Of a DNA stretch of 64,000 bases, positions 50,111-62,400 are shown piece by piece; within the stretch, counting starts at the first letter, position 1, and each line of letters starts with the position of its first letter. The position numbers and the translations under genes are program-made. Origin of the DNA: Chara braunii (taxonomy: Eukaryota > Plantae > Charophyceae). The notes under the pieces were generated by a model, which worked only from the letters and a program-made list of their open reading frames with translations, ran no database searches and was not told the DNA's origin. The stretch lies in assembly GCA_003427395.1 (NCBI GenBank), contig BFEA01000004.1, positions 2,709,322-2,773,321 on the forward strand, in the 5' to 3' direction.

Positions 50111-51184
50111 CTGCGTGCAACATGAAAGACCACCCCAATTAAACGGAACTATCGGTCATTCTGCCTCTCTTGATCCTTCATGAATCTCTTTCCTTTTTCG
50201 GTCTTGCTTATTTATACCATTTTGTTGCTCGCACCTCGTGCTGGCACCCCGCCGCTTTTCACGCTATAAATCCTCGCAACCCCTTCCTCCCTCTCTCTTT
50301 GATCTCGACTGCAATGTTGTGCTAGCTGTACGGGAAGACCACGGCGTTGAGTAGGCTCGACGGGCCCAAGTGACTGGTGGGGTGACGATGTATGGTGGAA
50401 TTAGTGCTAGACTTGGGGTGAGGCAATCGGAGGGGCGGAGAAGTGGTGGAGATCTAATACCGCTGCGGCACGACCTTGTGATGTTCGGATCGGTTAAGGA
50501 TCGTGCCTGAGGGAGGTCAGCCGGACAGGGATTGTGAATAGCGAAGGATTCACTTTTGTCTTCATTGCTACTTTGTCCAAGTACGATGTGTGCAATGTCA
50601 TGAGTGTGGATACTCAGACACATGCATGACGTTGGTTATGAGGGTCTATGAATGTTGACTGTCTCGCTGTCCAAGATAGATGGATGTATAGATGTGGACT
50701 GAGGTCATGTGTGTGTGGGGCGCCTACGGGCTTAACTCTGGGGAGCACGAGGGTGCCAAACGTCTGCCTGAATGCAGGAGTGTATTGAATTCCCTATCTT
50801 CCCCGACCCCTACCGATCCTGGCGCTACATGTCAGCGCGGGGATCGTCGCTGACCCTTCCCTCCCTCCCCTCTTGCTCGCAAGTGCCACGTGTCCATTGG
50901 TCTGGTGTTCCGTTCGGTTGACTGTCGACAACCAGAGACATTGGTCGCATGCGTCTTCACGCGTCGCCCGATATCTCTGTTACTCGGCCATTGTTATTTT
51001 GTCCTGGTAAGTGTATGACCAACGACATTGTGACTGTGAACTTGCATTTTGGTTTGGAAGGAGAGAGTGGGGGTGAGACCCATCGAGATCATAAGCGATT
51101 AACAGGGACCCCCTCTTCTTAACCCAAGTTAAACCCCTTAACCCTAAAAAGTGCATTGGAGATCGTTTTTTTTCTAGGTTACCA

Positions 51185-51518
51185 ATGGTCCGGAGACCGG
51201 ATGTCTCCCCCATACGTCCGGTACCCCCGTCGTTCGGATTTCCGGGTGACAGTTTTTCGACACTAAAAAATAAAAATAAAAAAAAATTACAGTGTTGCGC
51301 ATGCCCTAGAGACCCCCGCAAAAATTTTCAGATTTTCTGAGCATTTGGTGATAGGGTGGTATTTGGGGTAGAGGGGGGGGTACGAGGGGTTTTGGTGGGG
51401 ATAGGAGGGGTATCGGTGGGGATTAGAATCTTTGAAGATTTTTATTGTTTATTCTACTTGCCCAAATGAGCCAAAAATTTGGTGGCATACACCTTATGCA
51501 AGGTGAAAGCCACACAAT

Positions 51519-51579
<61 letters not shown>

Positions 51580-52118
51580 AAAGCTAAAAAAAAAAAAAAA
51601 AAAAAAGGGGTTGTAGACCTCGAAAAAATCTACAACACCATATTTTTTATTTTATNNNNNNNNNNNNNNNNNNNNNNNNNNNNNNNNNNNNNNNNNNNNN
51701 NNNNNNNNNNNNNNNNNNNNNNNNNNNNNNNNNNNNNNNNNNNNNNNNNNNNNNNACCTAGTTTTTTTTTTTTTTTTAACCTTTTTTTTTTTTTTCTTGC
51801 CTTGTTTTTTTTTTGGTCAAGGTCTGTGTGTGCCAAGTTTGGTGTTTGTTGGGGTCTTGGAGTCAACTGTTTTGGCTAGCCTTGAAAAATCCAGAAAATT
51901 TAAAAAACTGAAAATAGTGAATTTGCATGAAAACACACTTTTGCCTTGCTGTTTTATAGTTTTTTTAAGTTTTTTTTTAATTCTTGTTTTTTTGTAAGTA
52001 GTTAGTATGATCTTCACTCTATGAATTGGTGGCATGTTTGGTTAAAATGACCCTTGGGGTTTGTTATAAATGGTCCGAGAAGTGGTTTGAAAATTGAGGC
52101 CTTTGTTAACCGTCTCTC
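51185..52118. mobile_element. Non-autonomous DNA transposon-like repeat spanning the assembly gap
   Basis: Right part homologous to 27830-28015; AT-rich core shares the GTTGTAGACCTCGAAAAAATCTACAAC block with 15243-15270; left boundary uncertain. Confidence 0.5.
51656..51755. other. Assembly gap (100 N)
   Basis: Run of N. Confidence 1.
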
Positions 52119-53049
52119 ATTGAGATTTGTATGGAGTCGAGATTCACCTCGTTAAACGTGAGCGTGGGTAGCTGCCCATGCTCAACTCTTTCGTCGATCC
52201 GCCACAGTGACCTTCCGCCTTTCCCGATCGTAGACGAAGACAGTGTGTACTACGATGCGAACGTACGAAACCCGTTGTTGCGGACCGACCGGGTTCACTT
52301 CTACAACCCATCTAAGGTCGGTCATATAGGGGGGAGTGGGTTTGTTCTGATTGATCGGTTTTCCTTCCCTCCCCTGTTCTTGCCGTACTCTGATTTGACG
52401 GTGCTGTGTTGGTCAGCGGCCCACGTCACGTGGCGTCCCCAATTTAACTATCGATGGTGTCAGCAGGGGGACTCGTGCTCATGGCAGAGGCTGGTTCTGG
52501 GGTTCGAAGGTTCGCCCAGGTTCCCAGAGCTCTCTCGCAGTGTGGGCGCCCTCCCGGCGAGTTTCCAAACCTGGGTCCCCCCAAGCTCTTTTGAATGGGA
52601 CGACGTTGCACCTAGTCGACCTCGCGGAATTGATGAATCCGACTCGGAAGCCTAGATGCTCCATATCTTTGACTTTCTGCCATAGAGTTAGCGTGAACCT
52701 AGCGTGAGAGAAGCAGTAAATTCTGCTCTTCCCTTCCCCTTTTCCTTTTGTCTTTCGGGTTGTTAGTAGTCGGCCTAGTTGCGCGCCGCCCTCAGCCTCC
52801 TCGTCGAGAGTAAATTCTGAATTATACCTCACGTGTCGGTCCTGATTAACCCCTTGAATTCCCTAGTATCTCCATTCTGTCCTCTACACTGGCCTGAACT
52901 TTGGGATAACCTCGGAAGAAAGCGAGAATCCTCCGTTCCGTCCGGGTGATTTAACCTCTGCCCAAAAATCATCGGCCACACACCCAATTACTCTGTTCGG
53001 CGCCTGTTACTACGGGACGTCACGTGGGGTGTGAGGTTGCGCATCACAC

Positions 53050-53830
53050 ATCGTATATTCCCATAGTGCCATGGGGCGGGGGCCCTCCCATTCGCACTCG
53101 GCTGGATTGAAGGGGAGAGCGCTGATAGGGGTAGCAGATTCATAGACCCAGTGGTCCTTATTTTGGGCCTCCAAGCACCCTGACGCTGAGAAGCTAGCTT
53201 ATGGGGACATCTCGATCGCTCTCCTCTTGTCTGAGAAGGGTTGTGTGCCTGGGTCCCGGCAGCGCTGGTGCATAGGCCTGGAGCGTTGCATTAGTGAGGG
53301 ATAGGTTTTGGGCCTGGTACCCCAATATTAGTGTCGGGAGGTCCTGAAAGCTCACCACCCAGTCCCCTGGGGTGAGAAGCCGTCCTTTTCTAAGCGCGAG
53401 CCTCCTTGCTAGCAGGATTGTATCAATGATCACGTCTCTTTTGGACTCCAAGTCTTTGATGCCCAGCTGGGCCTTGAGCTCCGACAACGACTTCCAATCC
53501 CCCGTCTCTGGGTTCCACAGATCGCCAACCATGTAGCAGCCGCTTCGGACCCATGGGAGCCATGGGGAGTGTGTGGTGAGGTGGAGGATTTTCCCTGTAG
53601 GATCTCTGATTTGTGGGTTTCCGAAGAGAGGTTGCCTCAAGACCTCACGCCATCTGTGAGGGGTGGATTTGCAAATTATCCCTAGAAAATCGCATCTTTG
53701 TGAAAAAAAAGGGGAAAACTAGGGCGCAGTCAGTCACGGTTTCGCGAATTTTGCTCCAAGCTAGGGAAATCGTGAATGTGTCCAACCCATCCTTAGGGTT
53801 GGGTGGGGATGTGTTGTATTCGCCGTACTA
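53050..53830 (-). mobile_element. LINE (L1/Tx1-like) ORF2 C-terminal remnant
   Basis: EVLRQPLFGNPQIRDPTG...WVRSGCYMVGDLWNPETGDWKSLSEL resembles the post-RT region of L1/Tx1-type ORF2; disrupted, no RT core visible. Confidence 0.6.
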
Positions 53831-53897
53831 TTGGGAGGATGTCTGAAGTGGATTCAGAACTGAAAACGTGACTGCGTCTCAAAAGCTCTTGACGGCT

Positions 53898-53980
53898 GCC
53901 CTTCGGAACGATACACCGAAGATTAGCATGGCCCCTGCGCAAGGGTGACACACACAAATCGAGAAGTGGTCCAAATTCTT
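53898..53980 (+). pseudogene. U6: Retroposed U6 snRNA copy 2 (same internal deletion, degenerate TSD)
   Basis: GCCCTTCGG|AACGATACACCGAAGATTAGCATGGCCCCTGCGCAAGGGTGACACACACAAATCGAGAAGTGGTCCAAATTCTT; flanks CAAAAGCTCTTGACGGCT (53880-53897) / CAAAAGCTTTGTCGGGCT (53989-54006). Confidence 0.9.
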
Positions 53981-54676
53981 GGGGCCAACAAAAGCTTTGT
54001 CGGGCTACCGGTACTCCGTTGCTGCATGCAAACATGCGGTATTCATATTGGTGCATTATTGTTATGGCAGGCAGCAAGCATCGCTGTGACGATGACCTCG
54101 GCACGAGAGAGGGCCTCGCCACACCACTCTCGAAATGTGAAAAAGACAAATATGTGGCGGGTGCATCTGGCCACGTCGTAGCGTGAAGTTCATTCTCATT
54201 TTGCACGTTTTGAGAGTGGTGTGGCGATGGCCAGAGTCACGGATTGGTAGTCGGTCCATGTGGCTGCATGGTGGAGAGGGGTAATAACTTTCAAGTAACA
54301 CATCAAGTGGTCGAATCCTGTACAAATCCAACCCAGATGAATGTAAGCATGGTAAGGGCTCACCCTCTCAGTAAAAGGAAAAGGAAAAGAAGCCACCCAC
54401 GCATTGGGTGGCTTTCGAAAAAGGGCGAAGAGTACATGGCCACCCATTGGGTGGGGTCCGAAAAAGGACGATGCTTACATGGATTGGTGTTGTCGGTAGT
54501 GTAGTGGGCGGGCTGTTCAGTTTCCTTTCCGCCGGAAACGTCTGGTGCATTAGGCCACGAAGATCTGTGGACCCGATAAAAGTCCTAGCGGATGGATCGC
54601 TGATACTTTTGGCGCCTTCTTGTGTCCTTTTGTTGTTATTTTTTATTCTGAAACCATTTTAGAGGGATATGTCTTT

Positions 54677-55035
54677 GGCGACCGGCGGTAGTACGGGGTG
54701 GGTTTGAGAGCCTACGAGCCTACGTTCGTCCGGCGACGTTCTTGCCCCGAATACAACGTACGGTCATTCTAGCCGTATGTAGACTGAAACATACCCCAAA
54801 TACAGATATTATAATAATACTGCGCGTTGTATTCGGGGGCAAAAAAAAAGAGCGGGGACATCGGTGAGGAACAGTTTCGGCGACCGGGGGGGTAGTACGA
54901 GTTGGATTTGAGAGCCTACCGGTAGCAGGGGCATCAGTGTGGTGCAGTTTGGGCGACCGGGGCGGTAGTGAGGTGCAGTTTGGGCGCCCGGGGCGGTAGT
55001 GAGGTGCAGTTTGGGCGACCGGGGCGGTAGTACGA
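54677..55035. repeat. GC-rich ~31-bp tandem repeats and related duplication
   Basis: GGGCG(A/C)CCGGGGCGGTAGTGAGGTGCAGTTT about 3 times; GGCGACCGG..GGTAGTACG..TTTGAGAGCCTAC twice. Confidence 0.85.
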
Positions 55036-56000
55036 TCTGGTTGTGAGAGGCGCGGACATCGCCGAGAGGACAGCCAGGGTCCGCTGCCGTCGCGCGACAG
55101 GACAGCCAGGGCCCGGTGACCGAGCAGAAGGGGTAGGGGGTAGAGGTCAGGTACAACAGACAACTGGTGTAGGAAGGTTGCCGGAGCCGGCACGGATTAG
55201 CCTCTCCCCTCAGCCACAACTGCCCGGAGGTGAGAGGGCCGATGGACGAGAGGAGCAGGAAGAAGATAGGGCGGATAGGAGGCATGAAGTCCGTCCATAG
55301 CTGTTTTTCACCGATACGGGACCGGCCTGCACGGACAGTGACCCAAGTTAAGTTTTGCGAAGGCCGCGAAGAGCGCACGCGTGTTGATGTGTTAGGCGCG
55401 CACAAGTTGGGATTTGGGCCTGAGCATCGCCGGATGGTCTCGGGCGCGGTCGTCGGCCAGTCCGGGGAGGGCGATGGCTAGTAGGGTGAGCAAAGCACAT
55501 GGGGCTGGAGAAGGGATAGTAATGTGGTGGTGGATGAGCAATGGCGGGGCGGTGTGGTGTGAAAGGTGTTTTGGGGACCTGCTGGTAGACGAGTCGGGAG
55601 GACGTCAACATCAATTAGTCGTCTGGGGGGCTGGAGGTCGGAATGCGGAGAAGAGTGTGTGCACGCGCGCCTCTCTGTGCACGTGTCGGTATCTCTCTCT
55701 CCCCTGCCTGTTGTCTTGTTGAGGTATGCTGTCTTTCCCTCGTGGCTAGGGGATGTGCGCCCTCGCTTGGTGACCCTGCTTGACGTCCCTTCCTGGTACA
55801 CATCTTCGGTGAAGATGATGTCTTTGGAAAGAGAGAAGGCCATAACGAGGGACAGCTTGTGGAAGAAGGGGGGGGCAAACTCATGAGTGCTGCCGTTGTC
55901 CGGCGACGGATGCTGGGGTGAAGGTAACGGAGGCAAGTGTGGGGCTGCGCGGGGGGGGGGAGGCGGGCTATATCAGCTTGCCACCGCCAGTTTTGCGAGG

Positions 56001-59000
56001 ATGGCCGTGGTCGTGACTGTTCATGGCGGCGGCGGCGCCACGTCCGCCTCCATGAACGTCCCCGTCGGCTCACCCTCCACCAGCCTGCTCCGAGTAGGCC
56101 CGCAGCTACGCCTTCCAGCATTTGCTATGGTGGACCTGGCAGGCACGTCCTGCTCTTCTTCTCAGGCTTGGATAGGTAGGGGCTTCTGTCGCCGGCCCTC
56201 CTCCATTGGATCCTCGTCTTCTTCCTCTTCCTCTTCTACCTCTTCTTCTTCTTCTTCTTCTTCTTCTTCTTCTTCTTCTCCTTCTTCTTTTTCTTCTTCT
56301 GCTTCTTCGTTTATCCATTCATCGTCCTATTCCCCTCCTCCGCTTATTCATCGTCATCATCACCACCAACATCAGAATCATTTTCATCACAGTGCTGGTC
56401 GGAATAGCGTTTCCTCCTCGCAGCAAATCAAGTCTGCTATCGATGCGAGGGCAACGGCGGCAGCGCCAGAACACGTGGCAATTGCGTCCATCGTGGACCT
56501 GGGAGAATGCCACGCGGCAGATGATCTGCGGGTATCGGGCGGGAGCGATGTTGAAAGCGCTCGCGGTGGCGGAAATGCAGCCCGCGGAACGAGCGCAGCG
56601 ACTGGGACGGCGAAGCCGCACGTCGTGGTCACACGGCCACTGGAGCTGAATTTCGTCGCCAGAGTGGACAGCGGAAACGCAGCAGCTGTAGAAGGAGGTA
56701 AAACGAGGGATCGGGGCGGAAGTGCGAGTGGGAGGCAGATGGAAAATACGAAGAGGAAGATAGTTTCTTGTCGTGGGAAAGGCAATGGATCCACTGGTAT
56801 TGCGAGGCCGACAAGCGGAGGTGGAGGACCGGCGAGTGCCAGAGAAAATCCTGGCTTTGCTCCCGTCGACGCCTTACCTTCTTCGCCTCCATCTCCATCG
56901 CGCCTGTCCCGTGCGCGCCATTCTGCGACCGCTTCGGGCAATCATGAATTCGACAGTGACTGGCCGGTCGACCGGTTGGTTAACCCGGTCCCAGCAGCAC
57001 GGTTGTCGTCGTGTAGTGTTGTCCCTCTGCTTGGTCTGGAGATGAAGACGGAAGCTCAGGAGCCAGCTATGGCAGCGCCAAGGGTAGAAGCTCCAGCCTC
57101 TGCACCTTTTTCTACCGATCCCGGGGAGGAGCAAACGGGAGAAGCAGAGGAATCCCGGGGTCGCACTATCGGGATGGATACGACCGCGTCTGTGTCGGTC
57201 ATTGCCAATGGCAGCGTCGGAGGCTACTTGTCGAGGGGGACATCATCATCATCATCAACTTCAACGTCGACGTCGTCGATGGAGGAGAACGAAGAAGGTG
57301 GAAGTAACAATGAGAGAAGGAAAGGTGGAGGTCGGCGATGGACTGGCCCGAAGCGAATGAAGAAAAGGGAGCCTTTGCCACCGTGGTCGCCGGAGTACTG
57401 CCGAAGGAAGGAGGAGGAGATGTTGAAGTCGATTCTGGATATGAGTGCCGGTGGTGACGATGAAAATGGAGATGGAGGTGATTATGTGCGAAGACGGAAA
57501 CGTCACGTTGACAGCGTGCTGAACGCTTGGCTCGGCAAAATCACGCGTGTGGAGTTGATCAATGTCGCCAGGGAGCTTGGTCGATTACGTTGCGCTGATT
57601 ACTCTCTGGATATCTTCTCCTGGATGACGGCTCAGAAAGGACGTTTAAAACCAAACGCGCACGCGTATGTGTCCATGATCTCGCTCCTCGGTCGCTCGGC
57701 GATGGTGGAAAAGGCACAGCAATTGTTCGACGAGATGGAGGACAAGGGTGTCGAGAGGACAACGCACGCGTATAACGCTATGATCGGTGCGCTGATCGAA
57801 GGGGGGAGAGAGAAGGACGCATGGGCGCTGTTCCTAAGGATGCGCAGAGAAGCGAAGCAAGCGCAAGGCGACAGCAGGGGGGCAGGTATTCGCGCTGCTG
57901 TTGCCGATATGAATGCGGAATGCGATGCCGCAAACGAATCGGTTGCGTCCTACCTTAGCGCTAAAGCGGAGGGGAATGCTGGTAAGAGTGTCGGTACTGA
58001 TGTCGAGAGCAGCAGCAGTGATGAGCTTAACCGAGTGGAACCCGATGCCAAGCGGAGGGGATACAAATGCGCTCCTGACTGTGTCACGTATAACTCCATT
58101 CTGAAGTATTGTGCCAACATCAGGAGTCGTAGCGAAAGACGGGACCTTAAAAGTGCGGGTGGATCGACTCGAATCGGAAGCGGGAAGGGTCATTATAGTA
58201 AAGCGCGCGATGAGGACAGGGCTTATGGTGCGCTGTGGGCAATTGATCTTCTGCAGGGCATGATTGAGGACGGCGTGGAACCGAACCTCATCACATACAA
58301 CACCGTCATCAGCGCCTGCAGACATCATGGCCTTTATCAGAAAGCGATGGAGATCTTCCGCAAAATGGAGGAGAAGGGAATTCGCGCAGACGTGATCACT
58401 TACAATTGCCTGATTGATGTGTGCGCCAAGGCCAAGCTGTGTGACAAAGCGAGCGACTTGTTCAAGTCGATGAAATCGGCGGGAGTAGGGCCGAACCTGA
58501 TGACCTACACGGGGCTGATTGGCGCGTACGGAAGCGCGGGAAGGCCTGAGGACGCACAGCGTGTCTTCGATGAACTCGTACGGGTTGCTTCGTCTCCTTC
58601 TGCCTCTCCTCCTCCTCCTCCTCCTCCTCCTCCTCCTCCTCTCGCTGTTGGAGATATGGTGGAGTCTTCTCGTACTACTCCTCCCCTTCCGTCTCCTAGC
58701 GGTCGGGGCATGGCGGAATCTCGCGCTACGGTAGTTAAGCCTCCTGACGTTTTTACATGGACGATGATGGTGGATGCCTACGGGCGAGCGGGAATGGCAG
58801 AGAAAGCGGCGCACATGTTTGAAGAGATGCGCGCCAGTGGCATCCGGCCGAGCCTGCTGACATGGACCGCGTTGATGAGGGCACACGGACTCGTTGGGGA
58901 TTGTGATGAGGCTACGCGCGTGTTCAACGAGATGCAGCGGGCGGGAGAAACCGTTGACATCACCGGAATCAACGTTTTGCTTGACGTGTACGGTAAGAAC

Positions 59001-60383
59001 GGCCGCTGGAGGCAGGCTGCTGTGGTGTACAACGCCGTCTGGAGCAGGTCGCATGCCATGCGGACTGACAGCAGCTTTTCTAACGGGGACCTAAATCATC
59101 CAAACGGAACTTTGAGACGGACGGCTTCAGGTGCAACGTCTATTGCGGAGACCGGACACTTGTCTTCATCATCGGCTTTATCGACGTCGTCAGCGACGTG
59201 CGGAAGCACATCGGTGGTGCTCACGATGGGAATGAATCCGCCGCCGTCAGATTGCCGTGTGGAATCTGTGGATGGTGCTGCGGCATTGCCAATGGGAGAT
59301 GTAGTACGAAGGCAGGCGACCAGAAGAGCTGGAGAAGCGATGGCGATCGACAGAGAAGACGAGGTGACGACCAATGGCAATCACGAACGTCGTGGCCATG
59401 GACAAGTGTCTCAAGTAGTCTCTGTTCTCCCATCGCCAGTCTCGTCCGCCGACGACAGGGAACGTCCTTCTTCTTCTTCTTCTTCTTCCTCTCTCTCTTC
59501 CTCATCTCGTTCCACGTCACGCGATGGATCCCCGTCGGAGAGCCCGTTATCTCCTTGCCGCGGAAGTAGGCTGGTGGCCGGTGATGAATCTGAGGAAACG
59601 TGTTCTGCCAGACCGATCGCTCAGCCGCCGGCCTCCGAGCAATGCGGACCTGGCAGGAACGACGGTTTTCCCTCAGAGCAGGATGCCATGATTGCCGACC
59701 ATAGCCGCGGCCACGGCAGTCCTGTTGCAGCAGCTGCAGCTGCACGCAGCAGCAGCAGCAGTAGCAGTCTTTATAGCAGCTACTCGTCGGGACACTTGGC
59801 AGCAGATGAGGTGAAGCAGTCGGCTATGGCGGCTGAGGCATCAGCAACAGCGGCAGCAGTGCCCGAAGGAAAAGAAGAAGAAGAAGACGAAGAAGAAGAT
59901 AGGGATGTTAAAGATGCGTCCATAATGCATAGACGTCCGCAGTCTTCGGAACAGCAGCGGATTGGTAGCGAAGAGCACAGCTTGTGTTCCTCCAGGTTGA
60001 TCTCCCAGGTATCGCCAACCTCCTCGTCGTCTCTCACCACGTTGTCCTCCTCTGCTGCCACGGAATCACGCTGTCCGTCCGGGAATTCATTCGCACCAGA
60101 GGCTGGCGTTGCTAGACCCGCACTTTCCTCATGGAAAGTCAAGCCGCTGTTTGGTCGAGTGGCTGCGCGTCCGAATGTCGCAACTTTCAACACGATGATC
60201 AATACTTTTCATCGAGCCGGAAGATTAGAGGAAGCCCTGCACGTAGAGAAACAGATGGCGGTTTGTGGTTGCCAGCCCGACCATATCACATTGGCGTTGC
60301 TGGCGCGGACGCTAGATGACATGGGATTGCATCGCCGAGCAGATGAACTGAGGAAGAGTGTGAAGAAGGGCAGAAGGAGATGA
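56001..60383 (+). CDS. P-class pentatricopeptide repeat protein, probably organelle-targeted (N-terminal PPR region resembles EMB2654/pTAC2-type proteins; no SMR or DYW domain seen)
   Basis: ORF open from 55887, first in-frame ATG at 56001. Repeated PPR motifs (PNAHAYVSMISLLGR, PNLITYNTVISAC, ADVITYNCLIDVCAK, PNLMTYTGLIGAYG, PDVFTWTMMVDAYGRAG, PNVATFNTMINTFHRAG); Ser-rich N-terminus. Start codon uncertain. Confidence 0.92.
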   Translation: MAVVVTVHGGGGATSASMNVPVGSPSTSLLRVGPQLRLPAFAMVDLAGTSCSSSQAWIGRGFCRRPSSIGSSSSSSSSSTSSSSSSSSSSSSSPSSFSSSASSFIHSSSYSPPPLIHRHHHHQHQNHFHHSAGRNSVSSSQQIKSAIDARATAAAPEHVAIASIVDLGECHAADDLRVSGGSDVESARGGGNAARGTSAATGTAKPHVVVTRPLELNFVARVDSGNAAAVEGGKTRDRGGSASGRQMENTKRKIVSCRGKGNGSTGIARPTSGGGGPASARENPGFAPVDALPSSPPSPSRLSRARHSATASGNHEFDSDWPVDRLVNPVPAARLSSCSVVPLLGLEMKTEAQEPAMAAPRVEAPASAPFSTDPGEEQTGEAEESRGRTIGMDTTASVSVIANGSVGGYLSRGTSSSSSTSTSTSSMEENEEGGSNNERRKGGGRRWTGPKRMKKREPLPPWSPEYCRRKEEEMLKSILDMSAGGDDENGDGGDYVRRRKRHVDSVLNAWLGKITRVELINVARELGRLRCADYSLDIFSWMTAQKGRLKPNAHAYVSMISLLGRSAMVEKAQQLFDEMEDKGVERTTHAYNAMIGALIEGGREKDAWALFLRMRREAKQAQGDSRGAGIRAAVADMNAECDAANESVASYLSAKAEGNAGKSVGTDVESSSSDELNRVEPDAKRRGYKCAPDCVTYNSILKYCANIRSRSERRDLKSAGGSTRIGSGKGHYSKARDEDRAYGALWAIDLLQGMIEDGVEPNLITYNTVISACRHHGLYQKAMEIFRKMEEKGIRADVITYNCLIDVCAKAKLCDKASDLFKSMKSAGVGPNLMTYTGLIGAYGSAGRPEDAQRVFDELVRVASSPSASPPPPPPPPPPPLAVGDMVESSRTTPPLPSPSGRGMAESRATVVKPPDVFTWTMMVDAYGRAGMAEKAAHMFEEMRASGIRPSLLTWTALMRAHGLVGDCDEATRVFNEMQRAGETVDITGINVLLDVYGKNGRWRQAAVVYNAVWSRSHAMRTDSSFSNGDLNHPNGTLRRTASGATSIAETGHLSSSSALSTSSATCGSTSVVLTMGMNPPPSDCRVESVDGAAALPMGDVVRRQATRRAGEAMAIDREDEVTTNGNHERRGHGQVSQVVSVLPSPVSSADDRERPSSSSSSSSLSSSSRSTSRDGSPSESPLSPCRGSRLVAGDESEETCSARPIAQPPASEQCGPGRNDGFPSEQDAMIADHSRGHGSPVAAAAAARSSSSSSSLYSSYSSGHLAADEVKQSAMAAEASATAAAVPEGKEEEEDEEEDRDVKDASIMHRRPQSSEQQRIGSEEHSLCSSRLISQVSPTSSSSLTTLSSSAATESRCPSGNSFAPEAGVARPALSSWKVKPLFGRVAARPNVATFNTMINTFHRAGRLEEALHVEKQMAVCGCQPDHITLALLARTLDDMGLHRRADELRKSVKKGRRR

Positions 60384-60479
60384 CGAGGATCTGCATTGTG
60401 AGATTGGCAAAGCCCTTGCGAGGAGGGCAACAACGACGAGGATCAGCAGTAGCCGTATGCACCTGGTGCGCGCGCGCAA

Positions 60480-60502
60480 GAGAGAGAGAGACGGAGAGAC
60501 AG

Positions 60503-60581
<79 letters not shown>

Positions 60582-60582
60582 N

Positions 60583-60617
<35 letters not shown>
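60480..60617. repeat. (GA)n microsatellite just downstream of the PPR stop; other SSRs at 13759-13797, 14886-14950, 34186-34262, 61245-61295, 61739-61828
   Basis: Direct dinucleotide runs. Confidence 0.97.
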
Positions 60618-60620
<3 letters not shown>

Positions 60621-61241
60621 ATATCCCTGAGTCTTGACTCAACAGAGCTGTGTAGGAGCACTGCTGAACGGAAGTCTTAACCAAAATTTTCACGAACCTT
60701 AACGATCTATCATCTCCTTTTTAATCCTGCGGCTCGGACCGGCAGTGCTAGACGTCTCTGCAGCGAGGAAAAGGAATAGTCGGTTCGGACGATGCTTCGT
60801 GATAGCGATACCGACTTAGAGTCGTCAGTTAGGCTCTTAATCAATCGGTCGATTTGTTTGACTTGATTGGATTTTCAATTGATTATTTGAAAAGTGGACT
60901 CGGGCAAGTCTTCTGCTTTCGCTGCAGTATGGTGTTTCCAACGACTACGTAGGACTAATGGTCTGTCTCGGTATGGTTCTGTGTTCCGCTCTTCAAGTGG
61001 AAGCACTGATGCATTGATTGTCATGACAGCAGACGGATCATCTGGGCAGACTGTCCTCTAGTGGACTCATCTTGTCGATTGTCGATCTCTGGACCGTTAG
61101 GTTCTGTTGCCGTTAATGCAAAGCCCGTCCCTGGGTTCTGCAGTCGCCGTAAGGGTGTGTGATCATATGGTTCGAGTCCTGAACAGCTTCTGTGACTGTC
61201 AAGGAGAATTCTGGGTTGGTGGGTAGACCGGAGGCTGCCTG

Positions 61242-61297
<56 letters not shown>

Positions 61298-61735
61298 TTT
61301 AAGAGGTGCTACTATTGTACAGGATGTAATTAAAATTCTTGAAGTCTTCTTCTTAACCAGGCCTGCGTCCGTGCTATTCTTTGTCGTTAGTGAATTGCAC
61401 CTACTTCGAGTACGAAGCGAGCATACGATTATGTGTTGAGTTCGTTCTGTCTGTTGATCTTCCTTCAAGGACCGATTGCTCTTTTCCGCATGCTTCTGAA
61501 TAAGATTCGTTGAAATAAGTTTTTCCATTTCCCTTTCTAGACATGGATATCTTTCATAATAATTGCTTTCCCAACTTCGAATATGATGTCGACTCTCAGA
61601 CGCCATGGCAGACTTCAGGAGGATGTCTGTCAGGCGCTTTGTAAATGTGTTTTTTTTTAACTATATCACGTATACAGGGCCACAGACACACGCGCAGAAA
61701 TGATGTGATATACAGAGGCACGCTGCCACACAGAA

Positions 61736-61832
<97 letters not shown>

Positions 61833-62400
61833 AATGATTTTTTTGTCATTGTTGCCTCCGTGAAGTAAGACCTCACTACGTTGCTGGCAAAGGATTTTGG
61901 ATTTTGGCCTGGCATACCCAGGAGATGCACCTTCATCTCGACAGATAACTCAGAGTCTGCTTTGATGGAGAAGATGACGCTCTGGCTTGACTGCAGCAAA
62001 CTTAGGAGCAATGAGGTGGTTCTGCCAAGGGTAGACTGAAATTGCATTGTCAGAAGTGGACCAATTTATTGGTATAGTACTATACTTTGTTGGTCGCTAC
62101 CTGGCAGAGTAGTGCAGCCAGATAGAATTGAAGGAAACATATGATGATCGATTGAGAGTTCCCTTACATGAATGAAATTCAATCCTTTTTTTCTGTTTCA
62201 TAAACTTCAGTGAAGACAGATAGAATTGAAGGAAAGATGTGAATCAATTGAGAGTTCCCTTACATGAAATTCAATCCCTCTTTTCTGTTTCACATTAACT
62301 TTCTTTTCTTATTTGGGGGACAACTGTTTGACCCCTCCTCCAGTCCCTCTTTGTGGAGGAGTGGTCAAACAGTAGTCACCCAAATAAGAAAAGAAATGGA

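Noticed and set aside
53050-53980. Classic U6-L1 chimera
   Set aside because: U6 and the LINE remnant are on opposite strands, and the U6 copy has its own TSD
55450-55880. LINE ORF1 remnant on the minus strand (LIDVDVLPTRLP, PMCF..H)
   Set aside because: Zinc knuckle incomplete and frameshifted; too weak to call
57834-59054. 406-aa antisense ORF
   Set aside because: Shadow of the GC-rich PPR coding frame
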